Shown one piece after another: positions 9,829 to 18,794 of a DNA stretch of 64,000 bases. Within the stretch, counting starts at the first letter, position 1. The number at the start of each line of letters is the position of its first letter. A program made the translations under genes and the position numbers. Source of the stretch: an uncultured Candidatus Saccharibacteria bacterium (lineage in GTDB: Bacteria; Patescibacteriota; Doudnabacteria; UBA920); contig CAZEKH010000004.1 of NCBI GenBank assembly GCA_964512925.1, positions 2,431 through 66,430 of the forward strand, given 5' to 3'. The notes under the pieces are model-generated. The model saw only the letters and a program-made list of their open reading frames with translations. It was not told the DNA's origin and searched no databases.

Positions 9829-9861
9829 GAAGAGGGCCGCTTGGTAGCAGCCCTCTTTTCG
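9829..9861 (+). terminator. intrinsic terminator after the GH43-like gene
   Basis: AAGAGGGCcgcttggtagcaGCCCTCTTtt hairpin plus a T-run. Confidence 0.6.
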
Positions 9862-10396
9862 CGCCGGGAAGCAAGTCTGGCCAGAAGCCACGGGGCGGCT
9901 TCGTAGACCAGATAAAATGATGCCGAGGCAGTCAGAGACGAATAAGCAAGCGTCTCTTGGGCTGAAATCGCGAACATCCGCGGCAGGCAGACAACCAGTC
10001 CGCCTTGCACGGAAAATTCGGTCACTTCAGCGGGCCATGACTTTTTCAGTGTAGCCCATATAACTGCCCAAAAACCTTTTTCTGGTTCCCGGGTCTTTGT
10101 GTCGTAGTAGAGCGAGCCGTAGAATACGGCCATTTCTACAAGCATCGCAATACCTGCGATCACGGTTTCAGTTAAACCGAGGGTAGCAAGCCCTAAAACT
10201 ACCACTTGCGTGGCAGCCAGGGTTTTCCCTTCGGTAAAAAAAACGAAAGTTGCCTTTTTGCGCAGGGCTGTTACCCCGCGCCCAAAATAGGCATACGACC
10301 TCCTTTCCGCGTCGTTGTGTGTATAATATCAAAAACAACATCCTGATGTCCATTTGGATGTTGTTTTCAATCTTCAATCTTCAATCTGAAATTAGT

Positions 10397-11704
10397 CTAT
10401 AATCTCGAAATATCCCTAGGATAAAAAATGTCTATGGTCCAGTCCAAAACCACCCGGATTTTTTTGGCCAGACCCGGGATTTTGCTGAGGTAAATGGTGC
10501 GCCACACCCACCAGGCTAGGTGTCCATAAAAAGGCAGACCAAAAATTTCCGCAGCGGCTTTCCATTTGCCTAAAGAGACCAGCTGGCCTTTTTCTTTGTA
10601 AGCAAAGGGCTTAAGTTTTTTGCCCTGTATCAGCCTGGCAATGTTTCTAGCTACCTGTTTCCCTGAGGCTTCCGCAGCCTGGGCGCTTTGCGGCCAGGAG
10701 GTTTTTTCGCACGGGACTTGCGCCATATCTCCGGCGGAAAAAATATTTTCTTTGCTTTCAACTTGTAAAAATTGGTTAACTATCAGCTGGCCTGACGGCG
10801 AAGCTTTTGTCTTGGTAATGAAATTTGTGGAGTTAGGTTTTACTCCCACAGCGGAGATGACTGTTTTGGTGGGTATGGTTTCTCCGGTTTTAAGCCTGAC
10901 ACTTTCAGGAAACTGTTGGGAAATTTCAGTATTGAGTAAAAAAGTAAAGTGTTGTTTTTTTGTAAGCATCTCCCGGGCTTTTACACTGATTTTTTTGTGA
11001 AAGCGGGGCAGGATTCGGCCACTGCGGTGGATGAGAAAAACTTTTGGCTCACTGGGCGAGATTTCCGGAAAATTGTTTAAAAGATCGGAAAAGAATTCTT
11101 CTATTTCCGCGCTTAGCTCAATTCCGGTGGGGCCGGCTCCTACCACTATAAAATTTAGTTCAGCTTTGCGGTCAATGGAATTTTTTGGCAGCGCCGATGC
11201 TCTGCCAAAACAAGCAATGATATGGTTTTTGAGTTTTCTGGCGTCTTCCAGGGTTTTAAGGCCAAAAGTCATCTGGGGTTCAAAATTTTTCCAGTCATTT
11301 TTAGAGCCTAAAGCCAAAAGCAAAAAGTCGTAAGGGATATTTCCCCTGGAAGTTTCTATTTCTTTTTGTTCTTCGTTGACGCTTAAAACTTCGCCAAATA
11401 CAAACTTGATATTGTTTCCCAAAATCTGTCTCAGCGGTTGGATGATGTTTGACTGGTTAACCGAGCCGGTTGCTACCTCGTGAAGCAGGGGAGTAAAGAG
11501 AAAATAGTTTTCTTTGGAGATTAGAGTAATTTCTATTTCATCATTCCTCTCCCTGTTATGGGGGAGGTTAGGTGGGGGTTGAATCTGAGTGTTTACCAAT
11601 CTGCCTCCAAATATCTTTTTTAACTCCAAAGCCGCATACACTCCGGCAAACCCTCCGCCCACAATGACAATTTTTTTCGTTTGATTCATATCTATATTAT
11701 ACAT
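10397..11704 (-). CDS. ndh: type II NADH dehydrogenase (NDH-2) / FAD-dependent pyridine nucleotide-disulfide oxidoreductase. It carries an in-frame ~19-aa insertion derived from a hairpin repeat.
   Basis: KKIVIVGGGFAGVYAALEL (first Rossmann fold), IVVGAGPTGIELSAEIEEF (second) and FTPLLHEVATGS. An extra segment NTQIQPPPNLPHNRERNDE lies between the first dinucleotide fold and ITLISK, exactly where the CCTCTCCC..GGGAGAGG element sits in the DNA. Confidence 0.8.
   Translation of the reverse strand: MYNIDMNQTKKIVIVGGGFAGVYAALELKKIFGGRLVNTQIQPPPNLPHNRERNDEIEITLISKENYFLFTPLLHEVATGSVNQSNIIQPLRQILGNNIKFVFGEVLSVNEEQKEIETSRGNIPYDFLLLALGSKNDWKNFEPQMTFGLKTLEDARKLKNHIIACFGRASALPKNSIDRKAELNFIVVGAGPTGIELSAEIEEFFSDLLNNFPEISPSEPKVFLIHRSGRILPRFHKKISVKAREMLTKKQHFTFLLNTEISQQFPESVRLKTGETIPTKTVISAVGVKPNSTNFITKTKASPSGQLIVNQFLQVESKENIFSAGDMAQVPCEKTSWPQSAQAAEASGKQVARNIARLIQGKKLKPFAYKEKGQLVSLGKWKAAAEIFGLPFYGHLAWWVWRTIYLSKIPGLAKKIRVVLDWTIDIFYPRDISRL
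11546..11581. repeat. hairpin repeat family 1 copy, inside the ndh CDS and in-frame
   Basis: CCTCTCCCtgttatGGGGGAGGTTAGGTGGGGGTTG. Confidence 0.75.
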
Positions 11705-11737
11705 TAAAACCGATTATTTATTTTTTCAGTTCTTTTT

Positions 11738-11770
11738 CCTCCCCTTAAAGTAAGGGGAGGTTAGGAGGGG
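11738..11770. repeat. hairpin repeat family 1 copy, intergenic
   Basis: CCTCCCCttaaagtaaGGGGAGGTTAGGAGGGG. The loop ttaaagtaa is shared with the copy inside recG. Confidence 0.7.
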
Positions 11771-11845
11771 ATATGTTTCAGTAACTATGAATTTCGAATA
11801 TTTTTTAAATAAGTAATGTTATTTTTCAAATGAAAAAGCCGCGGT

Positions 11846-12253
11846 TTACTCGCGGCTGTGGGTAGGCCTTGGAACAGCGTCCAGGCCTTGTTCTAAGATG
11901 AAATTTTTTAGTCCCTCCGGGACGTTTCTGGTTCCTGGCAGCGCCAGAAACCAGAGATGCTGTGGGTACCACTGCGCGGTTACCCACTGCACTTCCGCCC
12001 AAGCCTGGGCAGAGAGGTTTGCGGAAGTTAGGTCTACGACCAGCACTTCCGACCCCTCCAAAGGCCAGCCCGTGCAAAGCGCTTGCCGCGCTTCGTCTCG
12101 GGTGGCAAGTTCCCCGGATATGACGATCCGGGTGAACTCTCCTTCTTTCCTCACAACTTTACGCGACCAAGTTCTGGTCAAGCGTATGTAAAGAGGGCGG
12201 AAAAAGAGAAAAATTACAAAAACTATAATATAATTCATCTTCCTCCACTTCAA
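11846..12253 (-). CDS. hypothetical protein with an N-terminal TM segment and a possible STAS-like fold, in a GC-enriched segment
   Basis: N-terminal hydrophobic NYIIVFVIFLFF, then RIVISGELATRDEARQAL...LVVDLTSANLS. Local GC is clearly above the window average. A minus-strand hairpin plus T-run lies at the 3' end (about 11836-11862). Confidence 0.3.
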   Translation of the reverse strand: MKWRKMNYIIVFVIFLFFRPLYIRLTRTWSRKVVRKEGEFTRIVISGELATRDEARQALCTGWPLEGSEVLVVDLTSANLSAQAWAEVQWVTAQWYPQHLWFLALPGTRNVPEGLKNFILEQGLDAVPRPTHSRE

Positions 12254-12370
12254 AAGACTGATTTATATTATACCACAAATACATATTTTTGTCCAGGAAA
12301 AAATGGCAGTTTTGCCATAGTTTTTTTCTAAACCACCTAAAAAATGATATAATTAAAACATACGCTTTTC

Positions 12371-12410
12371 CCCTTCTTTTTCCCTCCCTTGATGGGAGGG
12401 AGCCAAAGGC
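12371..12410. repeat. hairpin repeat family 1, degenerate copy
   Basis: CCCTCCCttgatGGGAGGGagccaaaggcg. Confidence 0.55.
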
Positions 12411-12457
12411 GTAAGTCTAAATAATATTATAGTATTTATTTTAAAAATCTTGTTTAT

Positions 12458-12727
12458 ATGGATAAAAGAGAAATTACAAAGCCTAGTAATGAAATTCCAA
12501 AACCCGATATTTTAGAAGTAAATCGGTTGATTAGGGGATTTGAAGAAGTAGAAAAAATGTCGGAATCTATGCGACATGGTACTGTTCACCCTTCCAAACT
12601 CCTACTCCAGCATCTTCTGCGATCACAAAAAAACCCAGAAGATTATAAGGGTGTTGATTTCACCAAAGTCAGGTCTCATCTAGAATATGGATGCTTTACA
12701 TGCGCCTCGCATAATTTTGAAGAATAA
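12458..12727 (+). CDS. hypothetical protein
   Basis: The ORF has its own downstream terminator (aaCCGCtttgGGCGGtttttt at about 12818-12848). No recognisable domain. Confidence 0.35.
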   Translation: MDKREITKPSNEIPKPDILEVNRLIRGFEEVEKMSESMRHGTVHPSKLLLQHLLRSQKNPEDYKGVDFTKVRSHLEYGCFTCASHNFEE

Positions 12728-12817
12728 AATGCTTTCTTAGTTTTTTAAACTAAGTTGGAGAAACCAATTAAAACAAGCGCAGCATAGATTAAGTGTGACT
12801 TTTAAATTATGAATTTT

Positions 12818-12848
12818 AAAAAAAACCGCTTTGGGCGGTTTTTTATTA
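12818..12848 (+). terminator. intrinsic terminator
   Basis: AACCGCtttgGGCGGTT followed by TTTTTT. Confidence 0.7.
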
Positions 12849-12867
12849 TCTAAACTCACTAGAGAAA

Positions 12868-12895
12868 ACAATGGGGGAATTACCTATTGTTTATT
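12868..12895. repeat. imperfect 25-nt palindrome AACAATGGGGGAATTACCTATTGTT, copy 1
   Basis: Arms AACAAT/ATTGTT. A second copy AACAATTGGGGGAATTACCCATTGTT lies at about 13305-13332, a direct repeat about 437 bp away. Confidence 0.6.
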
Positions 12896-13304
12896 GTTTA
12901 AGGGTCTGGACAAGTAACTAATTTACTGATATTATTAGCTGTTCTTACAGCTTGGGACGGAGGAGTTATGAAAACCAGTGAACTGTGTGGGTTTGTGTTG
13001 TTGGTTTGCTGTTGCGTTTTTACTGTGGTACTAGTTAAGACCGAAACAGCCTCCATGTTGGAGGAGCAACAAAAAGCCACAGAAAGAATAAGGATCGAGA
13101 ATGTACGGTTGGCTTCTCGCCAACTGGAAACGGAGCGATACATGCACTCAATCGGGTGCATAACTCTGGATTGTGCTATCAGCAAGGCGATGAAGCATTG
13201 AGCTGAAGCGCTAAATAAACATCCCAATTATCCTGTTTTTAAACAGGCCGCTCGCGCGACGGATTTCGTGCTTTTTTTAATGTTAAATTTATTTCTTATA
13301 AACA

Positions 13305-13332
13305 ATTGGGGGAATTACCCATTGTTTTAAGC
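13305..13332. repeat. imperfect palindrome, copy 2 (see 12868)
   Basis: AACAATTGGGGGAATTACCCATTGTT. Confidence 0.6.
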
Positions 13333-13697
13333 ATTGAAAAAACCCTAGAAAAATGCTAGGATATAGGCCTTGGGGATGACGGTTTTTGACAGGTCTTTGA
13401 CATCTTTTTATATGCAAGGCGAGCTAGTCTGTAGCCTCGTAAATCCTACGGACATCAACAAATGCTGTTGAAACCTCTTGGAACAAAGTTGTTAAAGCTT
13501 TTGCTTTAGCTGATTTTGCTCCTGTTGCTGCTTAATAAAGTAGCAACACATACCCTTTCCCCAATTCCGGGAAAGACCAGTATGCTTATTTGGAATTTGC
13601 GGTTTTAAGGTTTGATTTGCACTTTAAAACCAAAGGCATTGTAAATCAATTTCAATGAATTTTCGCCAGACTTTGTTCATTGAAATATCAAGTTTGG

Positions 13698-15305
13698 CTA
13701 ACCTTGTGAACAATGGAAAGATTGAGAAGTTCTGGACCCGGGTTTAACTCCCGGCATCTCCACCATATTAGTTTTTGAGGTGTTAACTTGTGTTAATGCC
13801 TCTAAGACAAGCGGTAATTTTGGTGTTCCAAAGCCTGTGAATTTGTCGTATGATAATCCTTTGTTAAAGTAAACGTTCAAAAGTGTTCTTTTCTCAATGA
13901 TTTCAGGGCTGTTCCAGTGATTTAGAGGGTGTTCCAAATAGCCAAAGACCAATTGTAGAGCTTTTAAAAAATCTTGTGTATTATACTGCTGAATTTTACC
14001 CGCCGATTCAATGGCGGTTTTTTGTTTGAGTAAATTTTCTAACTCAATTTCGTAATGGCGAATAAGCGTTTGATTAGAAGTTTCAGAAATTCTTTGGGTT
14101 AGATTGCTAATCTTGGTGTTAAATTCGTTTATTTGTTTCAAATTTGCCTCTTGATTGCTAATTTCGCCATTTTGCCTTTTTTGCCACACATCAAGGAGTA
14201 TAGCTTCGGCTAGCTTTAAAATTTGAGTTTTGGGGGTAAGTTTCGCAAGCAGTATTTCAAAGTCTTTATGGACTTCTGTTTGTCGTAAGGTTTTATTGCG
14301 GTTTGAGCAAAACGGATACTTACACCAGTAGTGGGGGTAAAGAGTGCCGAGTTTGCCTTTATGCCAACTTGCAGTCATTGCTCTATTGCAGTTTGGACAA
14401 AGTAAATAATTCCTTAAAGGAAAATCAGCACTAAGGTCTTGGCGCATTTGCGGTTTAAGTCTAGTTTGTAATCGGGTTTTAACTGCTTGTAAAGTTTCGA
14501 AAGAAATAAACCCTTTATGTTTAGCTTTTCTAAAATCAACATCCCAATTTTTATATTCCAAATAGCCGGCATAAAGCGGATTAATCAAAATAGTTTTGGT
14601 TGCGTCTGCGCTTAAACTTTTCTTTAAGCCCTTAAGTTTATATTGTTCAAGTATAAATTGTCTGACTGCTTCAATGGTGTTAAGTTCGTAATCTCTAAAT
14701 TTTTCTATGGCTTGTTTGTAAATTACAGAAAATACCCCGTCAGGAGCTAATATATTGCCCTCGTGATCTTTTCTTTGGAATTTTAAGCCAGGTGGAGCGT
14801 GAAATGCCCAGTAGCCAAGTTCTAGCCTAGCTTTTTGTTTTTGGATAACTTGCCTGCGATTTTGTTCTCGTTCTAACTGTGAGGTGGCGGCAATAATATT
14901 TTCTACAAAAATTCCTTCAGGGGTTTCTTCAAACTTAAAATTTAAACACTCCAACTTAGCCAATCTTGAACCAAATTCTTTTTTTAGCTTTAAATGAACT
15001 TCTATATCTCTTGCAAATCTTTTTATGTCGTCAAATATAACAACGAACTTTTCTGAACTATTTTTGTCTAAAAACTTTAATACTTCTTTCATTGCAGGGC
15101 GTTCAAATAATCCGCCTGAAACACCTTCGTCTCGGAATATTTTTATAACTTCTAAGCCTTTAGCTAGGGCGTAAGCAATACACCTGTGCTCTTGGCTTTC
15201 TAAACCGCTACCCTCGGAAACTTGCTGGCCAGAAGATACACGGCAATAAATTAAGGCTTTTTGGTATTCATTTAGGTTTGTGTTGTTTTTCATATGTGTT
15301 ATCAA
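13698..15305 (-). CDS. large serine recombinase (phage-integrase type). TTG start as called by the ORF track.
   Basis: Resolvase catalytic domain ALIYCRVSSGQQ...VVIFDDIKRFARD, a recombinase domain, the zinc ribbon CPNCNRAMTASWHKGKLGTLYPHYWCKYPFC, and a C-terminal coiled coil. The last ~20 codons read through the tRNA-like fragment. Confidence 0.85.
   Translation of the reverse strand: MITHMKNNTNLNEYQKALIYCRVSSGQQVSEGSGLESQEHRCIAYALAKGLEVIKIFRDEGVSGGLFERPAMKEVLKFLDKNSSEKFVVIFDDIKRFARDIEVHLKLKKEFGSRLAKLECLNFKFEETPEGIFVENIIAATSQLEREQNRRQVIQKQKARLELGYWAFHAPPGLKFQRKDHEGNILAPDGVFSVIYKQAIEKFRDYELNTIEAVRQFILEQYKLKGLKKSLSADATKTILINPLYAGYLEYKNWDVDFRKAKHKGFISFETLQAVKTRLQTRLKPQMRQDLSADFPLRNYLLCPNCNRAMTASWHKGKLGTLYPHYWCKYPFCSNRNKTLRQTEVHKDFEILLAKLTPKTQILKLAEAILLDVWQKRQNGEISNQEANLKQINEFNTKISNLTQRISETSNQTLIRHYEIELENLLKQKTAIESAGKIQQYNTQDFLKALQLVFGYLEHPLNHWNSPEIIEKRTLLNVYFNKGLSYDKFTGFGTPKLPLVLEALTQVNTSKTNMVEMPGVKPGSRTSQSFHCSQG
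13738..13765 (+). other. tRNA-like 3' fragment (T-arm, acceptor 3' strand, discriminator, CCA). No matching 5' half is present, so this is a candidate att-site remnant.
   Basis: CCGGG-TTTAACT-CCCGG (5-bp T-stem, 7-nt T-loop), then CATCTCC, A, CCA. No complementary GGAGATG acceptor 5' strand occurs within 100 nt upstream. It lies under the 3' end of the serine recombinase ORF. Confidence 0.4.
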
Positions 15306-15659
15306 GAATATTGGTAATTATAAAATACAGGGAATTTCTAATTTCCTCAACTTGCTTGTCGGTTAAGTCAAGCCCTATAAGATATTTTTTACATTCTTTT
15401 ACACTCAACATTGCTTTATGTATGTTATAATAGGCTTGCTAATTATTAACCCAGAAAGGCAAAATCTATGATTACAAATCAAGGGAAATTGCTCGAAATG
15501 GCTGTTGAAATTACCAAAGAATATGCCAGAAGCGGAGAAGCCAAAAGTGGTGCCGTGCAGACAGTTCTTGAAGAAGTTTTTAACAAGCTTGTAGAGCTAA
15601 ACACCAAAGGCTAGTGGTATTATTATGTTTTAAAAGCGATTCGTAATTACGGGTCGCTT

Positions 15660-16461
15660 TTAAGTTTTTAACAAACTATCGACTTGAAAACCGTCTGGAA
15701 AAATCATGTCTACCTGTTTAACATTTTTCCCGTCAGGGGTTGTGTATTCAGCTTTTTTAATTACACATTGCGTTACGTCAATTTTTTTATTTAATTCTTC
15801 TATAGACTCTGGGTTTCGTATAACTACGGGTTTTTTTAAATTGCGGGAGGAGTAAAATCTTTTGGCAAATTTTTTGTGTTTTTCGCCCATGTCTTTTTGA
15901 ATGTATTTAGAAATATAATTAGCTAAGTGTTCTAAATTTTTTGTTGATTCATTAAAAATAAATCCTTGTCCCCAAATTTCAGTAAGAACTTTGTGAGGGT
16001 CTTTAAGGATTGGGATATTAAAAAGTACAACATGATAATGCACCGCACCACGTTTTTGGTATTCTGGGACTGCAATATAGGCTAAATTATTTTTGATTTT
16101 TGACATAGTAATTAAGCCTTTTTAAAAAGTTTTTAAATATAATATTTGCCTCCTTTAAATCTTGAATATTTTCAGCGAAAGTTAAGGTTAAAAATTGGGG
16201 AACAAATCGCTTTTTTGTTTGGGGGTTAAAGTACTGCCAACCATTGCACCAAATTAACCGTTTTAAAGCACTCTTGGCTTTTCTTGCGCTCTCTTCAGGG
16301 TTGGCTAATTTTTCGTAAATAATTTTATTTACATGAGGCTTTTGGTTTACACTAAAGGCGTAACCAATTGGCCTGTCGTATTCTTGAATGGTTATTTTAG
16401 AACCTGTGATTATTAATATTTTATTTGTTATTTTCATCGCCTTATGTTTCTTTAATATCAA
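15660..16461 (-). pseudogene. rolling-circle replication initiator (HUH endonuclease, Rep_trans-like) split by a frameshift into two overlapping ORFs (16087..16461 and 15660..16106)
   Basis: Motif 1 FLTLTF sits in the upstream ORF. The HUH motif HYHVVLF and the catalytic Tyr region ANYISKYIQKD sit in the downstream ORF. The ORFs overlap by 20 nt in different frames. The combined length of about 265 aa is typical of RCR Rep proteins. Confidence 0.6.
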
Positions 16462-16464
16462 GTA

Positions 16465-16625
16465 ATACAGAGAGCCGGGCGGCCGCCATTTTGGCGGCGC
16501 GCCCGGGCACCCATCTGCCGTATAGGCACCGTGGTTGACACCGGGTAAGTCAGAGCCACGCGGAACCCGGTTTATGTGCCTGCCGGCATGACCGTAAACC
16601 TGCTCCGTGCGAACCCAACAAAAAA
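16465..16625. other. GC-rich (>60%) structured segment between rep and the next gene; candidate double-strand origin or ncRNA
   Basis: GAGCCGGGCGGCCGCCattttGGCGGCGCGCCCGGGC is a long imperfect hairpin, and further GC-rich stems follow. The composition contrasts sharply with the ~38% GC flanks. It holds no ORF. Confidence 0.35.
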
Positions 16626-16688
16626 CCTAGGGGTTAACCTAGGTGAAGCATACAGAGCAAAGTTTGGGAAAGTTGGGGAAAATATTGA

Positions 16689-17582
16689 TTACAAAAAAAG
16701 CTCGTTAATACGCACTGTTCCTGCTCTTTCGGAGGTGGCGATTAAAAAATCTTTATTTGCCCCCGGGAGCTTTTCTGTAATTAACTTAGGAATTTTTGCA
16801 TTAATACGAATGCAAATATCATAATATTTACGCCATTTGCTTTTACTTTTATCATAATCATAGTCACCGAAAGCATTTTCAGCGATATCTGCATACGGAA
16901 TTGTTTTTCCCAAAGATTTTCTATCTGAAAATATATATTCTAAAAGCCGATTTTCGTTTGTGTTTGCTTTTCGAGGCTTTATAACAATCCGTTTACCTTT
17001 TAAAATAAGAATACCGTTAATATATTCAAGCTTTAGAAGTTTTTCTTCTTGTGATTTTTGAACAACTTCCTGAACATCAGGGTTAGCCAGCTGTCTGAGC
17101 AAATACCTATGAACTTTTTGCCATTTTGCTTTAATATCTTTTTCGTAAGTGTGATAGTAGTTATTTTTAGAAGTTTCGTTTTTATATAATTCCCAAATAC
17201 CTAACTGAATTCTATCCCAAATACTTTGGTGTTTATTTTTTTTTATATACTCAATTTCTTCTCCAAGAGTTCCTTTTTTTAGACTGTCTTCTGCCTCAGT
17301 AGCAAATACTAACTCCATATAGTCTTCCGAGCAGTTGGTGTAAAGTTTTTCGCCCAAGATTTTTTGCATTATTTCATACTCTTTTTCGTTTCTGGCTTTT
17401 GGTATTTTGTGTCTAGCGCTTCTTAAATCTTGATGCTCATTTTCAATCATCTTTTTTAGCAAAGGCGTTTTTTCAACAAATTTAACATAAGCACCTATCT
17501 TTAAAATGAAATCAAAAGAGACAGGGAGGTTTATTCCTCTATTGTAAATTTTCTTAAGCTTTTCTTCGGTTTTTGTAGGCAT
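16689..17582 (-). CDS. hypothetical protein (297 aa) in the mobile-element-like region
   Basis: Long ORF with a Lys/Glu-rich, coiled-coil-like centre. No recognisable motif. Confidence 0.4.
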   Translation of the reverse strand: MPTKTEEKLKKIYNRGINLPVSFDFILKIGAYVKFVEKTPLLKKMIENEHQDLRSARHKIPKARNEKEYEIMQKILGEKLYTNCSEDYMELVFATEAEDSLKKGTLGEEIEYIKKNKHQSIWDRIQLGIWELYKNETSKNNYYHTYEKDIKAKWQKVHRYLLRQLANPDVQEVVQKSQEEKLLKLEYINGILILKGKRIVIKPRKANTNENRLLEYIFSDRKSLGKTIPYADIAENAFGDYDYDKSKSKWRKYYDICIRINAKIPKLITEKLPGANKDFLIATSERAGTVRINELFL

Positions 17583-17699
17583 AACTGGATTATAACAGCG
17601 AAATTTGCTATATTTTAAGTATAACTAAATAGCCTAAACCTGAGCAATCGGGCATGGCACAAAAAAATCTCAAGACGATACTGAACCCCGCGTTCAGCT

Positions 17700-17772
17700 A
17701 TTCGTCTTGAGTCATACCCGAAAGGGTATGGGGTGTAAAAGCCCGGCTGACACGGGGCTTTGTGTTTTTATA
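17700..17772. repeat. structured ~65-nt repeat, copy 1
   Basis: GAGTCATACCCGAAAGGGTATGGGGTGTAAAAGCCCGGCTGACACGGGGCTTTGTGTTT. It is preceded by a 10-bp inverted repeat CTCAAGACGA...TCGTCTTGAG. The related copy is at about 20331-20405. Confidence 0.6.
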
Positions 17773-17782
17773 AAAAAAATTT

Positions 17783-18286
17783 ATGATTGAACTAATATTA
17801 TTTATTGCACTGATTTTCATTATTTTTGGGGTCATTGCATTCTTCATTAACCTTATCAAAAAACACTCATTTTCTGATACCATTTTTCAAAACGCCTATT
17901 ACAAAAAACAGTATTTAATTACTAAAGCCGAACACCAGTTTTTTAATATTCTGCAAGAAATAGTTCGGGACAAATACTATGTTTTTCCACAAATCCATTT
18001 AGCCAGTTTGCTTGAAGTAAAAAACAGTGAGAAAAATTGGAGATCCTATTTCAATAAAATAATCCGCAAATCCGTTGACTTCGTTATTTGCGACAAACAA
18101 TATTTAAAGCCACTGCTCGTCATTGAGCTAGACGACCTTACTCATTATCGTTATAAGAGGCAAGATCGAGACCAGTTTGTAAATCAAGCATTAGAATCTG
18201 TAGGGCTAAAATGCCTTCATATACGTACATCTTACTCTTATAATTTGGAGGAACTAAAAAGCCAAGTATTGCAGGGATTGTTATAA
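17783..18286 (+). CDS. DUF2726-domain protein (restriction-endonuclease-like fold) with an N-terminal TM anchor
   Basis: TM segment LILFIALIFIIFGVIAFFI, then VDFVICDKQYLKPLLVIELDDLTHY...RDQF, which matches the DUF2726 pattern vDFvl...p.laIElDg.sH...RD.f. Confidence 0.55.
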   Translation: MIELILFIALIFIIFGVIAFFINLIKKHSFSDTIFQNAYYKKQYLITKAEHQFFNILQEIVRDKYYVFPQIHLASLLEVKNSEKNWRSYFNKIIRKSVDFVICDKQYLKPLLVIELDDLTHYRYKRQDRDQFVNQALESVGLKCLHIRTSYSYNLEELKSQVLQGLL

Positions 18287-18377
18287 AAGTGCTTAACATA
18301 TTTTTATAAAATTGACTTTATTTACGCATAGTTTTATACTTGGGTGAAAGAATATTTTAATGTAAAAGGCTAAATTA

Positions 18378-18794
18378 GTGGCGGAAGATCAAAAAAAATA
18401 TAAATACGAAAGCGATGAACAAATATTTAAGGAGTTGTTTGTCGGTTTTGATGATTTCTTTAAACCCATTTTTGAAAGTTTTTCCATAAGCAAAAAAACT
18501 TTTGTGCTGCAAGTAGTAAATTTTATTTTAATATTTTATTGGTTTTATTTACTATTAGGTGATGCACCAGACAGATTACTTACTAAAATTAATGGAAGTG
18601 GCGTACTGGGAATGAGACTTTTATTACTAGTTGTAGTTGTGTGTGGAATCTCGTTAATTACCAAAAATAAAATTTTAAGATGGCAGACACTATTTATGAC
18701 AAAGTATGAATTGACCCAAAGTTATTTTTGGAGAATCTTGTTTCTAGTAGCACTAACATATTTTGGTAATAAAATTTATGCAAAAAGACATTAA
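18378..18794 (+). CDS. hypothetical polytopic membrane protein
   Basis: Three to four hydrophobic helices (FVLQVVNFILIFYWFYLLL, LLLLVVVVCGISLI, FWRILFLVALTYF). Confidence 0.35.
   Translation: MAEDQKKYKYESDEQIFKELFVGFDDFFKPIFESFSISKKTFVLQVVNFILIFYWFYLLLGDAPDRLLTKINGSGVLGMRLLLLVVVVCGISLITKNKILRWQTLFMTKYELTQSYFWRILFLVALTYFGNKIYAKRH

Noticed and set aside
9786-10377. ORF-track ORFs 9786..10205 (-) and 10168..10377 (-)
   Set aside because: They lie in a GC-enriched stretch where long ORFs arise by chance. The first overlaps the plus-strand terminator of the GH43-like gene. Neither has a recognisable motif. The second has an implausible composition (Cys/Arg-rich, no start context).
13690-13765. 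A complete tRNA gene at the recombinase 3' end
   Set aside because: Only the T-arm, acceptor 3' strand and CCA are present. No complementary acceptor 5' strand (GGAGATG) or anticodon or D-arm can be built upstream. It is therefore called a fragment or att remnant only.
16540-16580. RNase P RNA, based on a CR-V-like GAACCCGGTTTAT stretch
   Set aside because: The GC-rich segment is only about 160 nt and is flanked by coding sequence. No P4/CR-I counterpart (GGAAAGTCCGGGC) is present.
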